A stretch of DNA of 64,000 nt from an uncultured Verrucomicrobiae bacterium (GTDB taxonomy: Bacteria; Verrucomicrobiota; Verrucomicrobiia; Opitutales; JABDGR01): NCBI GenBank assembly GCA_963765205.1, contig CAVXVB010000009.1:288001-352000 (forward strand), read 5' to 3'. The notes below the pieces were generated by a model, which was not told where the DNA came from, searched no databases, and saw only the letters and a program-made list of their open reading frames with translations. The position numbers and the translations under genes were made by a program. Shown here in pieces: positions 51,714 to 62,471 of this stretch (within the stretch, counting starts at the first letter, position 1; each line of letters begins with the position of its first letter).

Positions 51714-52926
51714 GGGCGCCTCTATTAACCCCCAAGCCGCTTGACATTGATAAGACAAGGTGACAGAACGTGACATGCACTACCGAAAATCCGAGTCGCA
51801 AGGAGGTTTGTTCGATTATCACCAGCATTGCGCCGGGTTGGCGGCGCGGGGCACGAGTCTGGACCGGCTGAAGGCGGCGGTGGACTGGGAAGCCTTCCGC
51901 GCCCCACTCGAGCGCCACCTGGCCTATGAGGACGGGGCCAAAGGCGGGCGTCCGGCGTGGGATCCGGTGCTGATGTTCCAGGTGCTGGTGCTGCAAAAGT
52001 TCCACGGGCTGAGCGACGCGCAGACCGAGTTTCAAATCCTCGATCGGTTCAGCTTCCAGCGGTTCATGGGCCTGCGGGCGGGCGACGCCGCGCCGGACGA
52101 GAAGACGATCTGGGTGTTCAAGGAGCGCCTCGGCCCGGACGGGGTGCGGGCGTTGTTCGAGTTGTTCAACGCGCAACTGGCCGCGCGGGGGCTGATCGGC
52201 CAGCAGGGCAAGATCGTGGACGCCACGTTTGTCGAGGCCCCGCGCCCGCGCGCCGCGCGCCAGCCGGAGCATCCCCCCGCCGCGCGGCAGCAGGACGCCG
52301 ACGCCCGCTGGACCGAGCAAGGCGGCCAGGCGCACTACGGTTACAAAAACCACGCCAAGGCCGACGCGCGCAGCAAGCTCGTGGCGGACTACACGGTGAC
52401 CCCCGCCAACACCCACGACAGCCAAAAACTCGACGAGCTGGCCGCGCCCGGCGACCGCGTCATTTACGCCGACAGCGCCTACAGCGGCGGGCCCATCGCG
52501 AAACAACTCGCGACCAAAAAGCTCGCCGGGCGCATCCTGGAAAAAGCGCGGCGCGGCCATCCGCTGACCCGCGCGCAGGAAAAACGCAACCGCCGCCAAA
52601 GCGCCGTCCGCAGCCGGGTCGAGCACGTCTTCGCCCGGCTGGCCCACTGGCGGGCAGACTGGTTCCGCCGCAAAGGTTTGGCCCGCGCCCGTTTTGAAAT
52701 CGGCCTGGCCAACCTGGTTTACAACCTTGACCGCTACGCCTGGCTGCAAAGTGCCGGTTAGAGCCGGACGAATCGCGCCCCGCTGCCGGTTCAGAGCAAG
52801 AAACCCACTCATCATCCCGCCAAACCACCGCGGGCAACTCATGCCGGGCGCTTCCCTCCCGGATGCCGCTAGAAAATCACGCAAAATTACCCTTGTGTGG
52901 CCCAAGCCAAGTTGTTAGAAGTGCCC
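51714..52926 (+). mobile_element. IS5-family (IS5 subgroup) insertion sequence, 1213 bp
   Basis: imperfect IR GGGCGCCTCTATTAAC / GTTGTTAGAAGTGCCC; TTAA duplicated at 51710-51713 and 52927-52930. Confidence 0.92.
51775..52761 (+). CDS. IS5-family transposase
   Basis: GGRPAWD, LSD..TE.QI.DRFSF..F, PDEKTIW.F.E, IVDATFV, YGYKNH, YADSAY, RSRVEHVF. Confidence 0.93.
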   Translation: MHYRKSESQGGLFDYHQHCAGLAARGTSLDRLKAAVDWEAFRAPLERHLAYEDGAKGGRPAWDPVLMFQVLVLQKFHGLSDAQTEFQILDRFSFQRFMGLRAGDAAPDEKTIWVFKERLGPDGVRALFELFNAQLAARGLIGQQGKIVDATFVEAPRPRAARQPEHPPAARQQDADARWTEQGGQAHYGYKNHAKADARSKLVADYTVTPANTHDSQKLDELAAPGDRVIYADSAYSGGPIAKQLATKKLAGRILEKARRGHPLTRAQEKRNRRQSAVRSRVEHVFARLAHWRADWFRRKGLARARFEIGLANLVYNLDRYAWLQSAG

Positions 52927-53840
52927 TTAACAAGGTTTATCAGATCAACATGAGCGCGGCGGCGTTTGCGGCCGCGCCTGCGTTTGACTTGTCCCAATGG
53001 GCGACTGCCACGCAGCCTGAACAGGTTGCGGCGGCTTATCGCTATTTCGCGCAGGAACCCACTTTTCTGGTCCCGGGCGAGGCGGCCGGCCGCACCACCG
53101 CCGGGGGCCGGGAGGTCACCAGCCTGGGTCGGGTGGAAAGAATGTCCACCCTCATGAATATGCCCGTGGACAATATGCAGGGTGGCAGCGTCGGCAAAGT
53201 GCAAGCCTTGGTGCTGGATGTGCCGAACGGGCGCATCGTCAATGTTTATATCAATGCCCAAAACTTCGGGGCGCCGCTTAAATTCTCAACCGTGATTCCG
53301 CCGACGATGCTGAGTTTCAAGCCCAACGGCCAGGGGCTGTTGCTGGATGTCACCAAAGCGGCGTATGAAACGGAGCCGAATGTCATCTTCCAATATGGCG
53401 CTGCCGGACAAGTGATCTCCAGCCGCGAACAAAACGCCAGCAGTTCGCCCACCAACGTGGCCCTCGTGCAAGGCACCAGCTTCCGTGACATTGGCATCAC
53501 GCAGAAGATAGACGCGGCGATTCAAGCAGGTCACCTTGACACGTGGGGAGTGGAAGTAGCCACGTTGAACGGGCGGGTTACGCTGCGCGGAACCGTCAAC
53601 AACCAGGGCACCAAGGACAGCATTGGGGCGCAGGCCATTGCCGTGGCCAGCCTGGATAATGTGGACAACCAAATCGTGGTGCCGGGCGCCGCCCCGGCTT
53701 CCCGCTAAAACGGAACTGCGGGCGGTCTCCCCGCCTTGCGCCAAATCGGTTTGCCCACGGGCCTCCGTCAACCCGGAGGCCCGTGGGGGCAAACCAGGGC
53801 CAATGAACCAGCTTAATCCCACCCCCAAATCCATCCTCCC

Positions 53841-54056
53841 ATGAATAAAATCCTGGCCCTCGTCCTCCTCGCCGGAGGCATCGCGCTCATCATCTTGGGC
53901 ATCAGCGCCTCGCAGTCGCTGGGCTCTGATTTCTCTCGGTTCTTTACCGGGGCGCCGACGGAAAAATCCATCTGGCTGCTGATCGGCGGCTTCATGACCG
54001 CCGTCCTTGGCGCGGTTGGGTTGTTGATCCCGTCGAAATCAAATTCGTCCAACTAA
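53841..54056 (+). CDS. DUF3185 family small membrane protein
   Basis: GGIALIILG...SDFSRFFTGAPTEKSIWLLIGG. Confidence 0.85.
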   Translation: MNKILALVLLAGGIALIILGISASQSLGSDFSRFFTGAPTEKSIWLLIGGFMTAVLGAVGLLIPSKSNSSN

Positions 54057-54082
54057 CTTCCAATCCTTAACCTTCCACGTCC

Positions 54083-54247
54083 ATGTTAAGATACGCCATC
54101 ATCTTCCTCATCATCGCCCTGATTGCCGGCCTGCTTGGCTTCGGGGGCATCGCCGGCACCGCCGCCCTGTTCGCGCGGGTGCTCTTCCTCGTGTTTCTCG
54201 TGTTGTTCGTCGTTTCGCTCCTCCTGGGGCGACGGCCGCGTGGTTGA
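54083..54247 (+). CDS. DUF1328 (YtjA/UPF0391) small membrane protein (not in the ORF track)
   Basis: [54 protein letters not shown]. Confidence 0.92.
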   Translation: MLRYAIIFLIIALIAGLLGFGGIAGTAALFARVLFLVFLVLFVVSLLLGRRPRG

Positions 54248-54302
54248 ATCGGAAATTCTGCCCGGCCCAGCCAATTGGCTATCCGGCCGCATCTTAAACC
54301 TT

Positions 54303-55412
54303 ATGAAATATCCTATAAAATGGCCGCGCCCCATCCTTGCCGGTGGGCTAATCGCCTTGGGTCTGATGTTGCCGGCTTGCGCGCTGGTGAACCCGGCGCC
54401 CATTTCCGCCGCGGCTTATGGTCCGGCCATCGTATGGTATGACGTTACGCTAATTCAAATCACCAACCCCCAGGGTGAACGCCTCGGCCGGGTTGATGAC
54501 CTTGTGCTCGATTTGTCCAACGGCCGCGTGGTCGAGATGCTGGTGAAGTCCGGCCAAACCCTCGGTTTTGGCGGCAAGCTGATCGCCGTGCCGCCGCTGG
54601 CCTTGCTGCCGGATTTTCCGAAACAAAGATTCATCATTAACATGAGTCCCGCGGCCTTCCTGGCCGCCCCGGCCTTTAACTCCTCCCAGTGGGCGGCCTC
54701 CACCCAGCCGGATCGCGTGGCCGCCACTTACCGCTATTTCGGCGTGGAACCCCATTTTTTGCTGGCTGGCGAAACTCCTGGCCGCACCACGGCCGCCGGG
54801 AGGGTGGTGACGAACCTCGGCATCCTGGAAAAAATGAGTGATCTCATCAACATGCCGGTCGTGAATTTGCAGGGCGTCTGGCTGGGCCGCTTGGGCTCCT
54901 TGACGCTGGACGTGCCGGCCGGGCGCATCGTCAGCGCCTTTATCCGCTCCCATGTCTCCGACCGGCCGGAGCTTCCCAACCAATACCTCGCCGTCGTTCC
55001 ACCCATGCTGCTCAGTTTCAACGCCAAGCACGACGGGCTGGTGTTGGATGTTTCAAAAATAGTCCTCCGAGAGGAGCCCCGGGTCGTCTTCCAGGATAGT
55101 GTCGGTGGGCAGGCTCGTTCCTATCGCGAGCAAAACGCCAGCGGCCCGCCCACCACCGCCGACCTCGCGCAAGGCGCCAGCTTTCGCGATGTTCGCATCA
55201 CCGCGCAGATCTATCAAGCGATTCAAGACGCCAAACTCGACCCCGACGAGACGGTGCAGGCCGGCACGCTGGACGGCCGGGTTACCCTGCGCGGGTCCGT
55301 CCGCGACCAGGAAACCCAAAACCGCATTGGCACCATCGCGGTTGCGCTGGTCCGGGTGGAAAACGTGGACAATCAAATCGTGGTCGAGGGCGCGCCCCCC
55401 TCGGCGCCCTGA
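54303..55412 (+). CDS. secreted PRC-barrel (x2)-BON domain protein, copy 2
   Basis: colinear paralog of 51397-53708; GRVTLRGSV..VDNQIVV. Confidence 0.88.
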   Translation: MKYPIKWPRPILAGGLIALGLMLPACALVNPAPISAAAYGPAIVWYDVTLIQITNPQGERLGRVDDLVLDLSNGRVVEMLVKSGQTLGFGGKLIAVPPLALLPDFPKQRFIINMSPAAFLAAPAFNSSQWAASTQPDRVAATYRYFGVEPHFLLAGETPGRTTAAGRVVTNLGILEKMSDLINMPVVNLQGVWLGRLGSLTLDVPAGRIVSAFIRSHVSDRPELPNQYLAVVPPMLLSFNAKHDGLVLDVSKIVLREEPRVVFQDSVGGQARSYREQNASGPPTTADLAQGASFRDVRITAQIYQAIQDAKLDPDETVQAGTLDGRVTLRGSVRDQETQNRIGTIAVALVRVENVDNQIVVEGAPPSAP

Positions 55413-55540
55413 AGCGGCTTAATCTCATCCCCGGCCCGATCGCCCACACATGAAATCCGGCCCGTCATCATCCTCGCCGGGGGCATCGCGCTTGAACCGA
55501 ATAGCAGACACCCGGACCACCAATCCCCTGCCCGATATGA

Positions 55541-55607
55541 TAGGGATAATCCCTAGTGAAGTATCGCCCCGGCTCCAATTTACGAATGGCGATGAATCGC
55601 GTATAGT
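55541..55607 (+). promoter_or_regulatory. regulon promoter B: TAGGGATAATCCCTA-N15-GGCTCCAATTTACG-N17-TATAGT
   Basis: perfect palindrome; shares the 14-mer GGCTCCAATTTACG with site A at identical spacing. Confidence 0.8.
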
Positions 55608-55682
55608 TCGACTTTAGCCAATGAGCGGGGCCACCCGCGCCCCTTCAGTCCATTTTTCAACCCATCCAGCCGACTCATCATC

Positions 55683-56373
55683 ATGCACACCATCAGTCCT
55701 CCTCCGTCTTTGCAAGGTTCGCACCTGCGCACCTATGAAAAGATTTTCCAACACCCCGTCTCGCACAATCTGCCGTGGCGCGAACGTCCTCGCCCTTTTC
55801 ACCCATCTCGGCGAAGTCGTGGTGGAACACAATGGCAACTTGAAAGTGACCCGCCGAGGGCACGTCCTGATCCTGCCCTCGCCGCGCACGAAGGACGTCA
55901 CCACCACCGAGGAACTGATGAAATTGCGCCATTTTCTCGGGCAGTCGGAAACGGCGCGGCCCGCGGCCAACCCGCCGGCGGCCCATTTGCTGGTGGTGAT
56001 TGACCATCATGCGGCCCGCTTGTTCCGCGCGGAATTGCGCGGCGCGGTGCCCGAGCTGATCCTGCCTTACGAAGCGGACGGTCATTTGCGCCAGGCCCAC
56101 CCCGCCCGGGACTTCTTCAGCGGCAAGGAAAAGGCCGCCCCCGGCGCCTTTTTCGAGCCGGTGGCCCGGGCGCTGAAAGGCGCCGAAAAAATTCTGATCT
56201 TTGGCACGGGCACGGGCGCCAGCAGTGAAATGGCACAATTCACCGCCTGGTTGAAAAAACATCACGCGGACTTGGCCGGCCGCATCCTCGGCACCCGGGT
56301 CGTGGATGAACATCATCTGACCGAGGCCCAGCTCCTCGCGCGCGCCCGGGAGGTTTATGGAAGCGTCCGTTAA
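55683..56373 (+). pseudogene. HicA-like N-terminal domain fused to a host-attachment/eRF1-like domain, +1 frameshift near 55783
   Basis: RTYEKIFQHPVSHNLPWR(D)VLALF..NG.LKVTR; LVVIDHHAARLF..FFEPVARAL..ILIFGTG..HLTEAQLLARAR. Confidence 0.6.
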
Positions 56374-56411
56374 GGGTTTCAACTTCATCGGGTCGGCGCT
56401 GGGGCGCCTGG

Positions 56412-56912
56412 CTAGGTATGGGCGGAGGTGGCGGGCGCGGCGGTGCTCATCGAGCTGATTTGTTGGTCAATCCATTGGCCGGAATCTTTCAAGGCCTGCG
56501 CCGTGGCGTCATAAGCCTTTTGGGAGCCGTTTTTAATTTCCGTCCAGGTGGATTCCGTGGCGCCCTTCGCTTTGTCCAACTGCGCCCCCCAGTCGGCGGC
56601 TTGGGCCCGCAGGGCGTCAAGTTTGGGTTGCGCCTCGGCCTTGACCGTGTCGCTGGCTTTGTCAATTTTTGCGGAGAGCTGGGCCAATTCCTGGTTCAGT
56701 TCGTCCTGTTCGACCTGCATTTTGGCGATGAACGCTTCTTTTTGCGCGTAAGTGTAGTCTTGCAGGTCTTGCGCCGCCTGCTTGGTGTCCTGTTTGGCCT
56801 GGTCGAGTTGCTGGTCGGTGGTGGCGTCGGCGCTGGTGGCGGACTTGCCGCAGGCGGCTAAGGCAGCCGCGAGGATGAGCACAAAAGTGGGAATAAGTTT
56901 CGGTAATTTCAT
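56412..56912 (-). CDS. coiled-coil lipoprotein, stress-protein-like
   Basis: lipobox LAAC; LDKAKGATESTWTEIKNG helical pattern. Confidence 0.75.
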   Translation of the reverse strand: MKLPKLIPTFVLILAAALAACGKSATSADATTDQQLDQAKQDTKQAAQDLQDYTYAQKEAFIAKMQVEQDELNQELAQLSAKIDKASDTVKAEAQPKLDALRAQAADWGAQLDKAKGATESTWTEIKNGSQKAYDATAQALKDSGQWIDQQISSMSTAAPATSAHT

Positions 56913-56921
56913 GGTGGGAAA

Positions 56922-56964
56922 ATTATACTCCGTCGGCGGCGTTTTTCCATCAGGTAAAACCCTA
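56922..56964 (-). promoter_or_regulatory. variant site E: TAGGGTTTTACCTGA-N22-TATAAT
   Basis: related palindrome centred about -42 relative to a consensus -10, upstream of the lipoprotein gene. Confidence 0.5.
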
Positions 56965-57061
56965 CCGGCCTTGTCGCCTGATTGGTCTTGCCCTGCCGGG
57001 AAAAATACCGGAGAAACGGGGGCCGGTTGGGGGCCGCGCCGCCTCTTTTCCTTGTTTATAA

Positions 57062-59308
<2,247 letters not shown>

Positions 59309-59337
59309 TTTTTGACCTGGCCTCGGGACGGATCGTA

Positions 59338-59620
59338 AGCCATTCCTCTCCTCACTCCCATCATTCCTATTGGCACGCTCGACCTCATCCTGACCACCGC
59401 CGGGCCGCCCAGCAAAGACCCCGGCGACAGCTTCCACGGGATGGCCTTCGTCGTGGTTCATCAGGACGGCACGGGCGTTTGCTGGGACGGCAGCACGAAC
59501 TTCACGGCCGCCGGCTGGCTCGGAGGCAACTCCGCGCCCCTCTTCGTCGACCAGGCCGGCGCCGCCAAGTTCGTCGCCTATTTTAAGCAGCATCGGGATT
59601 GGGCGCTTGCGCATCAGTGA
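59338..59620 (+). pseudogene. 5'-truncated gene fragment of unknown function
   Basis: open frame with GC3-rich codons (IGTLDLILTT...HRDWALAHQ*) lacking a start codon at its 5' end. Confidence 0.35.
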
Positions 59621-60504
59621 CTAGGCGTGGGCGCAATAGTGGGAGCCTGATTTTCTTGAGGAATGTTATCTTGATCGTGAATTTTCTTTACCCTATCTGC
59701 CGCGTCGATTTTAGCTTTTTGCTCTGATTCTTCGACAGAATAACCTTGCGCAAGATAGTTAAGAGCAAGTGCTTCTTCAAGATCGTCTTCGGCCAACTTT
59801 TGTTGCGTTTGGGCATCGAGCAGATTTTGTTTCGCGACTTCAAGTTGCTTTGCGCTTCGCCCCATGTCATTGGCCGTCGAGATCGCAGAATTAATATCAG
59901 CCCTTTCTTCTGCATGATTGGCGAGCATCACTGCCTTGCCCTGAGCAAAGAGGTGTTCGAGCATTTCGGTGTAGGCTTGGCTTTTGCCGATTTCCTTGGC
60001 GACGCCCTTTTGATGCGCCACTTCGAATTCAGCTTCGTTCTGGGTTTCATCGTCCATCATGCGTTGATGGATTTCCGAAAGGTTCCTGGTTCTCTTTGTT
60101 TCATCAGTATCCGTCTGTTCAAATTTAATGTCATCGAGCCAATGGTTTTTCCACCATTCCGAGTTGGCGTCATCAGGCAAATAGAGAAGTTGAAAATCCT
60201 GCTGTGCCTGATTGCGATCGTCGGCGATCTGGGCTAGGGCTGCCAGTTCACGCTTATGCAAAATGTTCAAAATCGCAGCGACGATCAAAAGTGCGGCCAA
60301 GCCGAAAAGAAACAGCAATCGAAATTTTTGTTGCGGCGAAGAAGTGGGAATCGTTTCTGTGCGATCAATTGATTCCGGCACGTGTGACGGTTCTGGTGGG
60401 GAGTAAGGCGGGGCATCCCCCACAAAATTGTCCCCATGCATTTCCCGGTAACTTTGCCGATCCTCGGCATCGAGCCGATTGAATTCTTCGCGGGTCAATT
60501 TCAT
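59614..60504 (-). CDS. hypothetical single-pass membrane coiled-coil protein, lower GC
   Basis: 296 aa ORF with TM LLFLFGLAALLIVAAILNIL. Confidence 0.65.
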   Translation of the reverse strand: MKLTREEFNRLDAEDRQSYREMHGDNFVGDAPPYSPPEPSHVPESIDRTETIPTSSPQQKFRLLFLFGLAALLIVAAILNILHKRELAALAQIADDRNQAQQDFQLLYLPDDANSEWWKNHWLDDIKFEQTDTDETKRTRNLSEIHQRMMDDETQNEAEFEVAHQKGVAKEIGKSQAYTEMLEHLFAQGKAVMLANHAEERADINSAISTANDMGRSAKQLEVAKQNLLDAQTQQKLAEDDLEEALALNYLAQGYSVEESEQKAKIDAADRVKKIHDQDNIPQENQAPTIAPTPSH

Positions 60505-60553
60505 CGGGTGGGGAAGGGTATAATTTTGGGAGCAAATGAAGACTTGGGCCCGG

Positions 60554-60907
60554 TCACTTTTTTGCGCGGGGCGCTCGGGTGCGTGGGTATTTGTGGTCGC
60601 CCCGCGCAGCAGTAGTAAAATCTCGGCCCACCTGGATCACCGGCCCTTTCACATCCTCGGCGACGGCGAGATGTTGGTGGCGCGCCACGCGGCCACTGTA
60701 GGAATGCAAAACATCTCGCCAGTCACCGGGGAAGAGGGCCGTACCGCGCCGCTCAAAATCATCGAGAAGGGATTTCGTGCGAAATTTGATCGCGCCGCTG
60801 CGGCTCATCCCGAGGCGCTTCGCTATGCGGTCAAGCTGGGGCCCAGTCTCGTCCGTAACACGAAGAAGTGGCATCCGGAAGGCGGCCATAAGAATATCGT
60901 ATGACAA
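60554..60907 (-). CDS. putative ribbon-helix-helix DNA-binding protein
   Basis: LRVTDET..QLDRIAKRLGMSRSGAIK pattern. Confidence 0.5.
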   Translation of the reverse strand: MSYDILMAAFRMPLLRVTDETGPQLDRIAKRLGMSRSGAIKFRTKSLLDDFERRGTALFPGDWRDVLHSYSGRVARHQHLAVAEDVKGPVIQVGRDFTTAARGDHKYPRTRAPRAKK

Positions 60908-60943
60908 CCGGACAGTGAGGCAATCACTTTTTTAATAAGTCGG

Positions 60944-61216
60944 TAGTGGGTCAGTTTGAAATTGGTCCGCAGCCTGAGAGGCTGCCGGAGCCAAGCCCAG
61001 GGTTGCGCGAAGCGAAACCCTGGGTATGCGATTTGTGAAAAGGCGCCGCCCTGTCAGGGCGGAGGAAAACCACGCTCCTGCGCTCTTTCAGAGCGCAAAT
61101 GATTTCCACCCCACGCTTCCCAGGGTTGCTCCCGCGAGGCGGGATCTGCCCTGGGCTGGATTCCTTCGCCCCGTTGGGGCGAAAGCCAAAATTCCCAAAC
61201 TCAAACGGACCCACTA
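60944..61216. mobile_element. MITE-like element with nested REP-like hairpins
   Basis: terminal IR TAGTGGGTCAGTTTGA / TCAAACGGACCCACTA (15/16); internal stems CCCAGGGTT..AACCCTGGG, CGCCCTGTCAGGGCG, CGCTCTTTCAGAGCG, CGCCCCGTTGGGGCG. Confidence 0.72.
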
Positions 61217-61350
61217 TCAAAAAGTCCCATGACAATGTATAGTTTTGATTTGCGTTGTGATGGTCTTCCAGCCGGCTTTGCAACAATTGATGTTGTATCT
61301 AAGATTGACGAGGATTTTCATCAAAAATCAAAAAACCGGCGGCGGCGCGG

Positions 61351-61695
61351 GTGGCCTCCGCCGGGGCGTCAAATCAACCCCCAATTGATTTTCCGCCGCC
61401 CCAGGAAGTGGCCGGTCGGGCCTGTTTGATTTATTTGCGGGAGGGATCGCGGCACGGCCATGACCTCGAGCACTGGCTGAATGCGGAATTGGAACTGCTC
61501 TCGGAACGCAACCGCACCCGAGTGATCATAAATTGCTTTTGGAAGTTGCCGGCTGATTACAAACCGCTTTTTGGGGTGGCCGGGGTCGGGCGGTCGGGGT
61601 TAAACACTTTGTGCTTTTTATCCGGTCCTGCTTGCCGCATTCCGTGCGTCACTTGGGGCCCTTCGCTCCCGCCCCTGGCTGCGGACGTGTCTTAA
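61351..61695 (+). CDS. DUF2934 domain protein, probably degenerate
   Basis: QEVAGRACLIYLREG..HGHDLEHWLNAELEL; the tail runs into repeat DNA. Confidence 0.55.
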   Translation: MASAGASNQPPIDFPPPQEVAGRACLIYLREGSRHGHDLEHWLNAELELLSERNRTRVIINCFWKLPADYKPLFGVAGVGRSGLNTLCFLSGPACRIPCVTWGPSLPPLAADVS

Positions 61696-61787
61696 TGCCC
61701 TAAAACGAGGCCCCCTTCACTGGCCATCGGTTGGATTGCGGGTGCCCCGCCAACCGCAATGCCGAGGTCCCTGGCCCGCCTCGTCTG

Positions 61788-62102
61788 CTAAATCCGTTCC
61801 GGCGTGAACCCGTGTTCCCGCGCCCATGCGCTCGCGCACAGTAGGCGTTTCAACCGCCGCCGCCAAATGGGGATGCAGACCACATGAATGGAGATTAAAA
61901 TGCCCGCCAGCGCCATGAAGATGGAATTGTGGTGGTAAACCAACCCATACGACACGGGCCCAGCGAAAGTGGCAGCCGTCCACAGGCCATAGAGTCCCCC
62001 TTGGCACTGCAACGTGGACCGCTCGGCGCCATTGAGGTGTGCGCTAACCTCGCGCATTGCGGGCGACTGGAGCTGCCACCAACGTCTTGAGTTTTTGCTC
62101 AT
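61788..62102 (-). CDS. small hypothetical membrane protein
   Basis: two hydrophobic segments and a basic tail; flanked by a 33-bp direct repeat. Confidence 0.45.
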   Translation of the reverse strand: MSKNSRRWWQLQSPAMREVSAHLNGAERSTLQCQGGLYGLWTAATFAGPVSYGLVYHHNSIFMALAGILISIHVVCIPIWRRRLKRLLCASAWAREHGFTPERI

Positions 62103-62471
62103 GGGTGAATATCTCACAGGAACCATTGATGACTTTTTCGGCTTGGTGGGCAAGCACGAAATTAGGGCGGCCGGTGACGATGGCCCTTGCCTTGAAAAAT
62201 ATCGAGTAGGCAAAAAAAAAGCCCTGCATCAGTGCAAACTGCTGATTACAAACCGCTTTTTCGGGGTGGCCGGGTTTTGGCTGCGGTCCGCCAGACCGCT
62301 AAACCGACGGCCAGCAGACCCACCCCGCCGGCCCTTTTCCTTGTTTCATATCGAGTAATAACTGTTCTCACTGTGATTGGTGCCGCCAAACTGAAATGAT
62401 AGTAAATTGCTTTTTTAGGGTTGACGAGGACGGGAGGAGGGCGCGAAATAGCACCCTAAACAATTCCACGT

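Larger units (their letters stand above)
51397..53708 (+). pseudogene. secreted PRC-barrel (x2)-BON domain protein, copy 1, interrupted by IS5
   Basis: VTNLQGESLGRIQDL..VAVPP; removing the IS and one TTAA gives PDEV-NKVYQINMS; C-terminal GRVTLRGTV..VDNQIVV. Confidence 0.88.
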
